Assembly: GCF_000341895.1 (NCBI RefSeq)
Contig: NC_020409.1
Span: 1,290,001-1,322,000 of the forward strand
Direction: 5' to 3'
Length of the DNA: 32,000 nt
From: Pseudodesulfovibrio piezophilus C1TLV30
GTDB taxonomy: Bacteria > Desulfobacterota > Desulfovibrionia > Desulfovibrionales > Desulfovibrionaceae
Shown piece after piece: positions 17,285-25,931 of the stretch. How positions within the stretch are numbered: the stretch's first letter is position 1; the number at the start of each line of letters is the position of its first letter. The notes under the pieces are model-generated. The model ran no database searches. It had not been told where the DNA came from and saw nothing but the letters and a program-made list of their open reading frames with translations. The translations under genes were made by a program, and so were the position numbers.

Positions 17285-17312
17285 ATTTTATGAAAATGAA
17301 TTTCATTCTCAA
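17285..17312 (-). promoter_or_regulatory. Sigma70-like promoter of the 8-gene operon with an embedded Fur-box dyad
   Basis: The minus strand reads TTGAGA (17312-17307), a 16-nt spacer, then TAAAAT (17290-17285). The spacer region is the near-palindrome TGAAAATGAAtTTCATTCTCA (17291-17311), which matches the classical Fur box GATAATGATAATCATTATC at 14 of 19 positions. Confidence 0.6.
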
Positions 17313-17405
17313 TTAATGGCGAGCATGTTATTTACTCAACTTATAAAAAATCAACTCTTGATCGCTAACAAAACAGACCACATTTCTATCATTTTAGAAT
17401 TGATT

Positions 17406-18473
17406 TTAACGGTGATACCCAATCTGATATTTTTTCGGGGTGATTCCAAAAACCTTCATGAACGATTTGGTAAAGTGGCTTGGGCTGGAAAAACCGCACA
17501 GATAAGTTATTTCAGTCATATTTTTCTCTCCCTGTTCCAACAGTTTCTTACTGTACTCCAGTCGTTCATCCCGCATGATTTCAAAAACTGTTTTACCATA
17601 TACAATGCGGAAAACAGCGTTCAGTCTCCCCTTGTTTATTCCAGCATTCCGAGCAAGTTCGCGTAGGCTGGGCACCGCCGTGAAATCAGAACTTATACGT
17701 CTGTACACGGCTTTTGCCGCTTCCCTTTCCTCCTGGGTGACAGGATGGTTCTGGAACACATCCTCCCCAGAAGACGAAGAAAACCCCCGGAGCAATAAAT
17801 ACAGAAGTTCCATTTTTTTGCAGGCCAAATATATGTCCCACAGTCTCCCACGAGGTATTTTGGAAATCACTTGATGCACAGTCACTTGCAAGGAGAGCGG
17901 CAAAGAGATCTTCTCCCACAACACTTCATTGGAATGCAGGAAAAGAGACCGTAATTTTTTGAGAAAAGGGCATTGTGTCGCCTGCTCAAGGTCCGGCAAT
18001 ATATCCTTGTCCATTCGCAACGCGACAGCTTGAAATGGGGCCCCTTTCTCGACAAGCGCTCTCCCGCACATATGTTGCATGCAGGAAACCACACCTTCTC
18101 CTCTGGAAAGAGAAAACGAGACGCCGGAATGCACTGAGCTTTCTTCCATTCCCCCCTGAAGCTCACCCGAGATAGGATGGTAACAAGAGCAGGAAGCATT
18201 CACCAGCACATGCCCAGATGTGCACAGGACAAATTCAATGGCATCGCTGGCTATGGAAAAATCACAATGCTGAAATTTTTCATTCGGTTGGCTGTCATAA
18301 ATATGAAGAGACACGCCTGGAAATCCCAAACTGTTTTGATGCGAACGGGCCACGGTCCCCGGAGGAATCCACGTTTCCCGATTTGGTTTCAACCGCTCAC
18401 TGACCGTATGCCCAGGGGAGAGTCCGTTTTTTCTCCCTCTCACGACATCCCAACCATTCTCTCTATGCCGCAT
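17406..18473 (-). CDS. AraC-family transcriptional regulator (siderophore-cluster type, cf. PchR/YbtA by context)
   Basis: C-terminal double HTH: LRELARNAGINKGRLNAVFRIVYGKTVFEIMRDERLEYSKKLL...ITYLCGFSSPSHFTKSFMKVFGITPKKY. I place the start at ATG 18473 (GGAG 6 nt upstream, 58 nt after the HlyD stop). The track ORF extends to 18761 and overlaps the HlyD gene. Confidence 0.85.
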   Translation of the reverse strand: MRHRENGWDVVRGRKNGLSPGHTVSERLKPNRETWIPPGTVARSHQNSLGFPGVSLHIYDSQPNEKFQHCDFSIASDAIEFVLCTSGHVLVNASCSCYHPISGELQGGMEESSVHSGVSFSLSRGEGVVSCMQHMCGRALVEKGAPFQAVALRMDKDILPDLEQATQCPFLKKLRSLFLHSNEVLWEKISLPLSLQVTVHQVISKIPRGRLWDIYLACKKMELLYLLLRGFSSSSGEDVFQNHPVTQEEREAAKAVYRRISSDFTAVPSLRELARNAGINKGRLNAVFRIVYGKTVFEIMRDERLEYSKKLLEQGEKNMTEITYLCGFSSPSHFTKSFMKVFGITPKKYQIGYHR

Positions 18474-18531
18474 TCTCTTCTCCTGCTCATGTTTATCAAC
18501 ACAAACTCCGCAGGTGAGCCGAAATACTCTA

Positions 18532-19836
18532 TCAGAGCACGGCATCCCAATCAGCTGGAAGGACATCCGGCAACTCCAAATGTGTGGCAATTTGCTGTCC
18601 CTCTTCCAGACCTGCGACCACTTCAGTAACGAACAAGCCATCAAGTCCAGTTGTGACTTGTACGGGGTACACCCCATCCCCCTCACAGACAAAAACAACA
18701 TGCTTGTCACCAACCCATTTGAATGCCGCATTCGGCACACAAAGCACATGTTTTTTCTCAACGACTGACACGTAACATCGAGCTGTCATTTCCGGTCTGA
18801 GCAAATGAGCATCTTCCGGCGATACCCGTACGAGCGCTCTGTAATAGACAATATTATCCCGCAATTCGGGACCGGGGTGAATCAGAGCCACCTGTCCGGA
18901 AAACTCCTTTTCCGGATAGGACTCAACAGTGTATTTCACTGCAGCCCCTTGTTTGACAGACCCGATATCGTTTTCATCAATCAGGATCTGCAGCTCCAGC
19001 CTCTCTGTGTCTATGATGGTAATGAGATTCGCCACCTGCAATCCTGCCACTACAGTTTCCCCTTGCCGCGCAGTGATTTCACTCACCACACCAGACATGG
19101 GACTGACAAGGTGTGCGTATGAGAGACGCGTTGTGCATTGTTTCAGGGCCGCTTCCGCTTCAAGAACAGCATCTTCAAGAGAAGGTATCTCATACTGAAA
19201 TTCACTTTCGAGTCGTTCTTTGGTACTGCGCCTCGCCACAACCGTCTGCTCTGCGACGCGAAGCGTGCGGATGGTGTCGTCCAGCTTTTCTTCGGCCACG
19301 TGTCCGCTTTGTGCCAGTTTCTTGTTTCGGGCATAGGTCTGCGCTGCATATTTTTTTTCAACTTCCGCTTCATGAAGGCTGGCCGCCGCTTCTTTTATCT
19401 GGAGAGGATACTTCATCTTCTGTTGCATGAGCTGCGTTTTCAATTTCTGGATTGTCGCCCTGTTCTGCTGGCAAATGAACTCCTGCTCGCGTCCGTCAAG
19501 TTCGGCAATAAGCTGTCCTTTGGTGACCGCATCACCCAATTTCACGTACAATTCGGAAATTACGCCCGTAAATCGAGTCCCGAGTTTGACAACAGCTCCT
19601 TCCTCAGGACGGACAACGCCTGTGGCCAGTATTTCCTTTTTGACATCACCATATTCAATATATGCGGTCTCCAGTACATTGACCCCTTCCACCTCTTTAC
19701 CACTGACACGGGTAATGACGACAATGCCACCGACAAGAACGACAGGAATAATCCAGAGAAAACGCTTTCCTGCCATCGGACGAAGCTTTCCCAGGAACCG
19801 CTTGAAAAGTGAAACGACATGGGGCGTTTCAGACAT
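18532..19836 (-). CDS. HlyD/membrane-fusion-protein family periplasmic adaptor
   Basis: N-terminal TM segment FLWIIPVVLVGGIVVI and lipoyl-like motif LGDAVTKGQLIAELD. A long coiled-coil segment rich in Q/E/K/A is followed by a beta-barrel region. GGAG RBS upstream of ATG 19836. Confidence 0.8.
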   Translation of the reverse strand: MSETPHVVSLFKRFLGKLRPMAGKRFLWIIPVVLVGGIVVITRVSGKEVEGVNVLETAYIEYGDVKKEILATGVVRPEEGAVVKLGTRFTGVISELYVKLGDAVTKGQLIAELDGREQEFICQQNRATIQKLKTQLMQQKMKYPLQIKEAAASLHEAEVEKKYAAQTYARNKKLAQSGHVAEEKLDDTIRTLRVAEQTVVARRSTKERLESEFQYEIPSLEDAVLEAEAALKQCTTRLSYAHLVSPMSGVVSEITARQGETVVAGLQVANLITIIDTERLELQILIDENDIGSVKQGAAVKYTVESYPEKEFSGQVALIHPGPELRDNIVYYRALVRVSPEDAHLLRPEMTARCYVSVVEKKHVLCVPNAAFKWVGDKHVVFVCEGDGVYPVQVTTGLDGLFVTEVVAGLEEGQQIATHLELPDVLPADWDAVL

Positions 19837-19876
19837 ATATTTTCTCCATTCCCAAAGTGTTATAACAACACATCAA

Positions 19877-21646
19877 CTAGGCTGTTGCCGCTTGCGGAGC
19901 CTCTTCGTGCCCACTAACAATAGAACGGGCCGCTGTCTGTTGCTCCCACATGCGGGCATATCTGCCATCTGCGGCAACCAATGTATCGTGTGAGCCTCGT
20001 TCGAGTATGCTGCCACCTTCGACCACAAGAATCTGATCCGCAGCAACAACCGTTGCCAGACGATGTGCAATCAACAGCAGAGTCTTGCCTGACACCAGAT
20101 TCTGAATTGCCTCCTGAATCATCCGCTCGTTGTCGAGATCAACCGAAGCTGTCGCCTCGTCCAGCACAATGATCGGAGAATCTTTGAGAATTGCACGGGC
20201 AATAGACAGACGCTGCCGCTGACCACCGGAGAGATTACACCCATTTTCCCCCACCAAAGTATCGTAGCCCTTCGGCATCATATCGATGAATTCACTGCAT
20301 CGGGCGGCCCGGGCAGCAGCAGACACTTCTTCATCTGATGCAGAAGGTCTGGCAAACCGAATATTCTCTCTGATGCTGTCATCAAAAAGTGACACGCGCT
20401 GGAAAACCACACTGATCTGATTCCACATGTCTTTTTCTGTCATATTTCGAATATCAACCCCGCCAATGAGAATCGAACCGGAATCAACATCCCAGAAACG
20501 GCACAGCAGGCTGGCGATGGTCGATTTACCAGCGCCGGACATGCCCACGATGGCGGTCATGGATTTGGCTGGGACAACAAAACTCACATCTGACAAAGCA
20601 GTATCAGATTCATAGGCAAAGGATACATTTGTAAAGGAAACGGAACTCTCCGCGGGCATGGAGCCAGTCTTGACAGGTCGGGGGAGCAACGGCGCGTCGT
20701 CCACTTCTTTCAGCCGTCGAGCCGCAGCCGCCATTTGCTGCATAAACCCCAACAGATCCACGAGTTCATGAGTAGGTCCGTACACTCGTATGCACATGAC
20801 AGCCGCAAAAACAAAATGTGCAAAATATAAATTCCCAGCCGCAGTCCCCGCGTTCAGGGGAAATCCGAATCCCACAAGCCCGGCATAACCAAGTTCGAGA
20901 CATGTAAAATACAGGATAGCCGCTGTCCCGACGTACTTCACGAGCCCCAAGTTGACATCACGATGCCTGATTGCGGCATCAGTGTATAAAGCCGCCCGTT
21001 TTCCCTTGAGGCTGAATAATTTGATAACACTGATACCATGGCAAAATTCCACTGTTCTGGAAACGAGATCACTGGTTGCTGCAATGCGTTCCGGCATTCT
21101 TGCCGCCAAACGCCCATTGATCCAACGCATGAGCAAAACACCGGGCACAAGGCCGCTTGCTGCGAGCAAAGCAAGCCGCCAATCCACAAGAGCAATGCAG
21201 CAGACACCACCGACAACCTGTGCAAGCACACTGGCTGTCGCCGCTATCTTTTCCACAAAAACCGGCTCGACGCTGGATAAATCATGCAACAAAGCTCCAC
21301 TGATTTCACCCAAATCCCTGCGGGAATACCATGACACCGGAAGCTGGCGCAGACGATCCGCATAGTGCAGGCGTAACCGTTCCAGAATCTTGAACCCGGT
21401 CATGTGCCCCACACTGATGGATGCAGAATGAACGCCGAAACGCACCAACACGATACCCAAAAGACTCACACCGCAAGCCAACGCACCCCAGCCGGCCGCA
21501 GTCTCAGGGAAAAGTACTGACAAGAGTGCATGGTACAAGACAACAACCGGTAAAAGCGAAAGAAAACCATCCACAGCGCGAAGCCCTGTCCCGATCATCA
21601 TCCTCTTCAAAAACGGACCTGCGAGCATTTTGACTAATTGAACCAT
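19877..21646 (-). CDS. ABC half-transporter (N-terminal 6-TM exporter-fold domain + C-terminal ATPase), YbtQ/IrtB-like by context
   Basis: Walker A GMSGAGKST, signature LSGGQRQR, Walker B IIVLDEATS. ATG 21646 overlaps the upstream TAA (TAATG) and follows GGAGG. The track start at 21721 lies inside the upstream gene. Confidence 0.9.
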   Translation of the reverse strand: MVQLVKMLAGPFLKRMMIGTGLRAVDGFLSLLPVVVLYHALLSVLFPETAAGWGALACGVSLLGIVLVRFGVHSASISVGHMTGFKILERLRLHYADRLRQLPVSWYSRRDLGEISGALLHDLSSVEPVFVEKIAATASVLAQVVGGVCCIALVDWRLALLAASGLVPGVLLMRWINGRLAARMPERIAATSDLVSRTVEFCHGISVIKLFSLKGKRAALYTDAAIRHRDVNLGLVKYVGTAAILYFTCLELGYAGLVGFGFPLNAGTAAGNLYFAHFVFAAVMCIRVYGPTHELVDLLGFMQQMAAAARRLKEVDDAPLLPRPVKTGSMPAESSVSFTNVSFAYESDTALSDVSFVVPAKSMTAIVGMSGAGKSTIASLLCRFWDVDSGSILIGGVDIRNMTEKDMWNQISVVFQRVSLFDDSIRENIRFARPSASDEEVSAAARAARCSEFIDMMPKGYDTLVGENGCNLSGGQRQRLSIARAILKDSPIIVLDEATASVDLDNERMIQEAIQNLVSGKTLLLIAHRLATVVAADQILVVEGGSILERGSHDTLVAADGRYARMWEQQTAARSIVSGHEEAPQAATA

Positions 21647-23535
21647 TATGCCACCTCCTGCGCGGGCTTCCATTCGGAATTGTGCTGCGATAATTGCCAT
21701 AAATCCCTGTACATACCGCATCGATGCAACAAATCAGCATGCCTTCCGACATCGATGACATGCCCCTTGTCAAGCACGACAATCTGATCAACTCCCGCAA
21801 TGGTTTCAAGACGATGAGCCACAACAATGGCAGTCCGACCATGCAGGCTACCGGAGAGCGCTTTATTCATTTCAGCTTCAGTAAAAGCATCAACAGCAGA
21901 GGTCGCTTCATCAAGCAGGAGAATCGGAGCATCCTTGAGCAACGTCCTTGCCAGGGCAATCCTCTGTCGTTCACCACCAGACAAATTCGCGCCAAGTTCT
22001 CCAGCGACGCTGTCATACCCCTGAGGTTGTGCGGCGATGAAGTCATGGCAACACGCCTGCCGGGCGAGTTGCTCGACTTGAGAGTCCTCGGCATCCAGCT
22101 TGCCCATACGAATGTTCTCACGAAGGCTTTCATTAAATAATATGTTTTCCTGGAACATGAAGCCTATCTGCCCCATGAGCTCAGGTTCTGACATACTGCG
22201 GATGTCTTTCTCACCAATTTGAATAGAGCCGGAGGAAACATCCCAGAAACGCGGGACGAGACGGAGCAAAGTACTTTTTCCCGAACCGGAAAATCCAACA
22301 AGCGCTGTCACCGTTCCATGGGGGACAGTAAAACTCACGTCATGAAGAACATTTCCATCCGTGCCGTAAGCAAATGACACGTTGGAAAAAACCATATCTC
22401 CACCGGCATTGAGTTTCGAACCGGTTTCGGTTGAACTACCAAAAGCATGACCAGTCAATTCCTGTGCTTGCGGGTCATTTCCTTCACCTGTCGCTGCAAT
22501 GAGTTTCGCGGTATGGCCTTCACCTCTCTCAGGAACCGGCAGAGGGGCGGTATCCCACACCTGCTTCATACGTCGATAGCCCTCAAAAACACGGAGCAAA
22601 GCGTCATTTTGTTGCAACACCTTAAAAATGGGAGGGCTGAACTGCATGGAGAGAAGGACACAAAGGGTCAAACTTCCTGCCGAGAGAGAGCCTCTTCCAT
22701 AAAGCCACAACCCAAGTGGCAGTGTGAATAATATGGGATTTTCAATAGCAATAATGAAACCGGCTCGGGGAAGCGCCCAACGCTTTGCCCAGGTTTCCAC
22801 AACGTCCTGATACTCCCTCACGGCATCCATGAAATTGTTCAGCCCGGAGACAGTATGGGAAAACGCCTTGATCTCGTGGATATTACGTACAAACTCAATA
22901 ATTCGACTATTCAGGTTTTCCTGCGCGCTATGATAGCGAGCGGTTTCCTGCATATAATCCTTTGAGGCAATGGACATGATCATGATGGCCAGCGGAACGA
23001 CAACCACAGTCGCAAGTGCCATTCGATAGTCTACCCATACAAGTGCAGCCAGAACAAGAAAGGGCATGACCAATGCGGCAGAAAGATCCTCAAGATGATG
23101 AGCAATGAACCCTTCAAATTCCTCCACGTCATCAACGAGCATCTTTTTCAACTCACCGGTGGTGGAACTGGAAAAAAAACCGAGGGGAAGAGTCGCCAAG
23201 TGGTCTGCAAGGCCTGTTCTGATTTCATATAAGGTTTCATAGGCAACAGTATGGGCAAGTCCTCCGGCGACAGTCCGCAGCAGCAACCGTGACAGCAAGG
23301 CGCAAAGCACAATCCCACCCATGGTATATTGCGTGGCACTGTCAGAAAAAGCCATGGTTCCGGTAGAGAATCCATCGACGATAAACGCAATGACAAGACT
23401 GGGGGTCAGCCCCAGCAGAGCCGCAATCCCTGAGGCGACACAGGCAATAATGAGCCTTCGCTTATTGGCGTCTGAAAAACCAAGCCCACGGATCAGATCT
23501 CTCAATTGTCCCAAATAACTTTGACGCTCTTCCAT
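21646..23535 (-). CDS. ABC half-transporter (exporter-fold TMD + ATPase), YbtP/IrtA-like by context
   Basis: Walker A GFSGSGKST, signature LSGGERQR, Walker B ILLLDEATS. A Gly/Ser/Thr-rich linker sits between the TMD and NBD. I prefer ATG 23535; the track uses TTG 23547. Confidence 0.9.
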   Translation of the reverse strand: MEERQSYLGQLRDLIRGLGFSDANKRRLIIACVASGIAALLGLTPSLVIAFIVDGFSTGTMAFSDSATQYTMGGIVLCALLSRLLLRTVAGGLAHTVAYETLYEIRTGLADHLATLPLGFFSSSTTGELKKMLVDDVEEFEGFIAHHLEDLSAALVMPFLVLAALVWVDYRMALATVVVVPLAIMIMSIASKDYMQETARYHSAQENLNSRIIEFVRNIHEIKAFSHTVSGLNNFMDAVREYQDVVETWAKRWALPRAGFIIAIENPILFTLPLGLWLYGRGSLSAGSLTLCVLLSMQFSPPIFKVLQQNDALLRVFEGYRRMKQVWDTAPLPVPERGEGHTAKLIAATGEGNDPQAQELTGHAFGSSTETGSKLNAGGDMVFSNVSFAYGTDGNVLHDVSFTVPHGTVTALVGFSGSGKSTLLRLVPRFWDVSSGSIQIGEKDIRSMSEPELMGQIGFMFQENILFNESLRENIRMGKLDAEDSQVEQLARQACCHDFIAAQPQGYDSVAGELGANLSGGERQRIALARTLLKDAPILLLDEATSAVDAFTEAEMNKALSGSLHGRTAIVVAHRLETIAGVDQIVVLDKGHVIDVGRHADLLHRCGMYRDLWQLSQHNSEWKPAQEVA

Positions 23536-23570
23536 AGTGTTAGCCAAACCTTTATCTGCAAAAAGTGCAG

Positions 23571-23615
23571 GATAAAAAAGGCCTTCGGAGCACCAATGAA
23601 CTCCGAAAGCCTTTT
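23571..23615 (-). terminator. Strong hairpin plus T-run between the receptor gene and the ABC genes
   Basis: On the minus strand, AAAGGCTTTCGGAG and CTCCGAAGGCCTTT form a 14-bp stem with one G-T pair and a 10-nt loop, followed by a T-run. The hairpin begins 3 nt after the receptor TAA. Confidence 0.65.
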
Positions 23616-23617
23616 GT

Positions 23618-25822
23618 TTAGAAGGAAACCTGAGCCATAATGCCCAAGGAACGAGGAGCGAGCATCGGTCCGACGCTTGTCTGCCCAGCCATCATCGAAG
23701 AGTTGTCGAAAGCAGTGGACATGACCTCTTCATTCAACAGGTTTTTCCCATACAAATAGACGCTATAGTTTTCTTTTTCATACCCGACTTTGGCACTCAC
23801 CATATTCACGGGATCTTGCAGTGTCGTATTATCCAAATCGATATAGTAGGAATCGACGTAGGTATTTTCTGCTCGTATGAACAGCCCTTCAAGCACGCCA
23901 CTCTGGACCGTATGCTGTACGCCGAGGTTGAATTTGACATCAGGAGAATAAGGAGTCTCAGCGCCACTGTAGGTTGCGGAGCTATCGCCCGCATCATCGA
24001 CCTCCGCTTCCATAAGCGTCAATGCACTGAACACGTCCCACCCGTCGGTCACGCGGTATTTTGCTTCGACTTCAAGACCCTGACTATGAGATTCACCGGC
24101 ATTGTCCACGACTGAACCAGCGGGAATCAGCTTGATGAGCTGCTGATCCTTCATAAGAATATAAAACAGAGCACAACTCAGATCGAGACGATGATCGAGA
24201 AGACTGGTTTTGGAGCCAATTTCATAACTCCATGAATACTCGGAATCGAAGTTCTCTTCTGCCAAGGGCACATTCGCGGTCATGAACCCGCCGGGTTTAT
24301 ACCCTCGTGTAACAGAGGCATAGACATTGATGTCCGGAGTAAAACGATACTCAACAACACCTTTGGGCAGAATTGCAGAGAACGCTTTTTTCCCTTCCGC
24401 ATTGTACGTAGCATCAAGTCCAAACGCACTCAGGACTGCGGCGTTCCCTTCATTCAAGGCGTCCCCTTCCATATCCTTATAGACTTGATCGTAGCGGAGA
24501 CCGCCAGTGACATAGATTTTGTCGGTCAGTCCATACGTGGCCTGACCAAAGACCGCTCCGTTATAGACCTTGACCGTTGTATCCTGGTTGCGGATAACAT
24601 CACCAAGACCGGAAAAAGCGGGGTTTACAGTGACCAGGTAACTATTGGTAATGGAGTACACATCGCGGGTACGCTGCTTCTCATACGAACCATACACGCC
24701 GGAGACCCATTGCAAACGAGCATCCTTATCCAAGGTATGCAGTCGTAACTCCTGGGAGAACTGACTGTTGTTCAATCGAAAACGACTGCCCAGATAATCG
24801 TTCGACGTAAAATCCACATCACTGTTCTCTTCATAGGAATAATCCCGATGCCCGGTCACCGATGTCAGCCCAATGCTGTCACCATCATTTTCCATCGTAA
24901 GAACCTGTCCGAATGCTTCCGACTCCACTCCACCCAGATCATCCTGATCAGTATGCCACGGGTCATCAGCAAAATTCTGAGCAGTATTATAGATGCTGTA
25001 GTCACCATGTCTCCGATACCCGTTCAAATTCAAATTAACGGAAAAGTCATCGGAGGGTTGAAGTGCGAGCTGCCCGCGCAGGCTGAAGCTCTCAGACCCG
25101 GCACCATCCTCGTCACGGGTATCATTCTTGAAAAACCCATCTGAATGCTCATACCCACCGGCAATACGGACAGCCGCAGTCTCCGACAAAGGCGCATTCA
25201 CCATGCCGCTCAATCGCTTCGTATTATAGGATTCATAAGCCGCTGAAAAATCAACTTCCTTTTCGAATACCGGTTTTTTGGAACGCATGACCATAGCACC
25301 AGCAAGGGTATTGGGTCCGTACAAAGTCCCCTGTGGGCCACGTAAAACTTCTACGTCTTCCATATCGAAGAACATTGGTTCATATCCACCGTTGATACTC
25401 ACACCATCACGAAAAAGGCCTACCGGGCGACTGAAAAAGTCAGATCCTCCCGACACCAAGCCGCGAATGTTGATAATGGTATGAGCATCCGCTCCGCCAA
25501 TACTGCGGGCAAACACCCCTGCCGTATACCGAGACAACTCATCCACATCTTCAAGCTGGGCATCTTCGATCTGCTGGCCATCGAAGTAGCTGATACTCAC
25601 CGGGACCTCGACCAAACGTTGTTCGAGCTTCTGAGAAGTCACCACAACATCTGGTAATGTTACATTTTTCCTGTTCTGCGCGTCTTCCTCATCCTTTGAC
25701 GCAGCTTCTACCACCTCGGTGTCGGAAACCGGATCAGCTGCAAAGCCCGCCCCCGGTAAGCCAAGCAACAGCACCGTTGCGAGGCAATAAGACACCACTC
25801 TCTCCTTGACAAAAAACCCCAT
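23618..25822 (-). CDS. TonB-dependent outer-membrane siderophore receptor
   Basis: Signal peptide MGFFVKERVVSYCLATVLLLGLPGAGFA and TonB-box-like LPDVVVTSQK. Plug motifs are VEVLRGPQGTLYGPNTLAGA. A long beta-barrel ends ...LGIMAQVSF*. ATG 25822 follows AAAGGAG. Confidence 0.9.
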   Translation of the reverse strand: MGFFVKERVVSYCLATVLLLGLPGAGFAADPVSDTEVVEAASKDEEDAQNRKNVTLPDVVVTSQKLEQRLVEVPVSISYFDGQQIEDAQLEDVDELSRYTAGVFARSIGGADAHTIINIRGLVSGGSDFFSRPVGLFRDGVSINGGYEPMFFDMEDVEVLRGPQGTLYGPNTLAGAMVMRSKKPVFEKEVDFSAAYESYNTKRLSGMVNAPLSETAAVRIAGGYEHSDGFFKNDTRDEDGAGSESFSLRGQLALQPSDDFSVNLNLNGYRRHGDYSIYNTAQNFADDPWHTDQDDLGGVESEAFGQVLTMENDGDSIGLTSVTGHRDYSYEENSDVDFTSNDYLGSRFRLNNSQFSQELRLHTLDKDARLQWVSGVYGSYEKQRTRDVYSITNSYLVTVNPAFSGLGDVIRNQDTTVKVYNGAVFGQATYGLTDKIYVTGGLRYDQVYKDMEGDALNEGNAAVLSAFGLDATYNAEGKKAFSAILPKGVVEYRFTPDINVYASVTRGYKPGGFMTANVPLAEENFDSEYSWSYEIGSKTSLLDHRLDLSCALFYILMKDQQLIKLIPAGSVVDNAGESHSQGLEVEAKYRVTDGWDVFSALTLMEAEVDDAGDSSATYSGAETPYSPDVKFNLGVQHTVQSGVLEGLFIRAENTYVDSYYIDLDNTTLQDPVNMVSAKVGYEKENYSVYLYGKNLLNEEVMSTAFDNSSMMAGQTSVGPMLAPRSLGIMAQVSF

Positions 25823-25892
25823 GATAACTCCTTTCTCAACTCTCGACAGTGAAAGACGATTGACGACAACTCCAAGGCGAAAACCCACCTCT

Positions 25893-25925
25893 CTATTGAA
25901 TGAAAATGAAATCCATTCTCAATAG
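25893..25925 (-). promoter_or_regulatory. Promoter of the receptor/ABC unit with an embedded Fur-box dyad
   Basis: The minus strand reads TTGAGA (25922-25917), a 16-nt spacer, then TTCAAT (25900-25895). The spacer is TGAAAATGAAATCCATTCTCA (25901-25921). Over the 23 nt 25901-25923 the sequence matches 17291-17313 at 21 positions. The whole site is bracketed by the inverted repeat CTATTGA / TCAATAG. Confidence 0.6.
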
Positions 25926-25931
25926 AGCCAT

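Noticed and set aside
17406-18761. The 451-aa track ORF suggests an AraC regulator with a long Cys-rich N-terminal extension.
   Set aside because: Codons upstream of 18532 overlap the 3' end of the HlyD gene in another frame and carry no recognisable motifs. ATG 18473 has a GGAG RBS 6 nt upstream and gives a 355-aa protein. I therefore treat 18474-18761 as a non-coding-frame extension.
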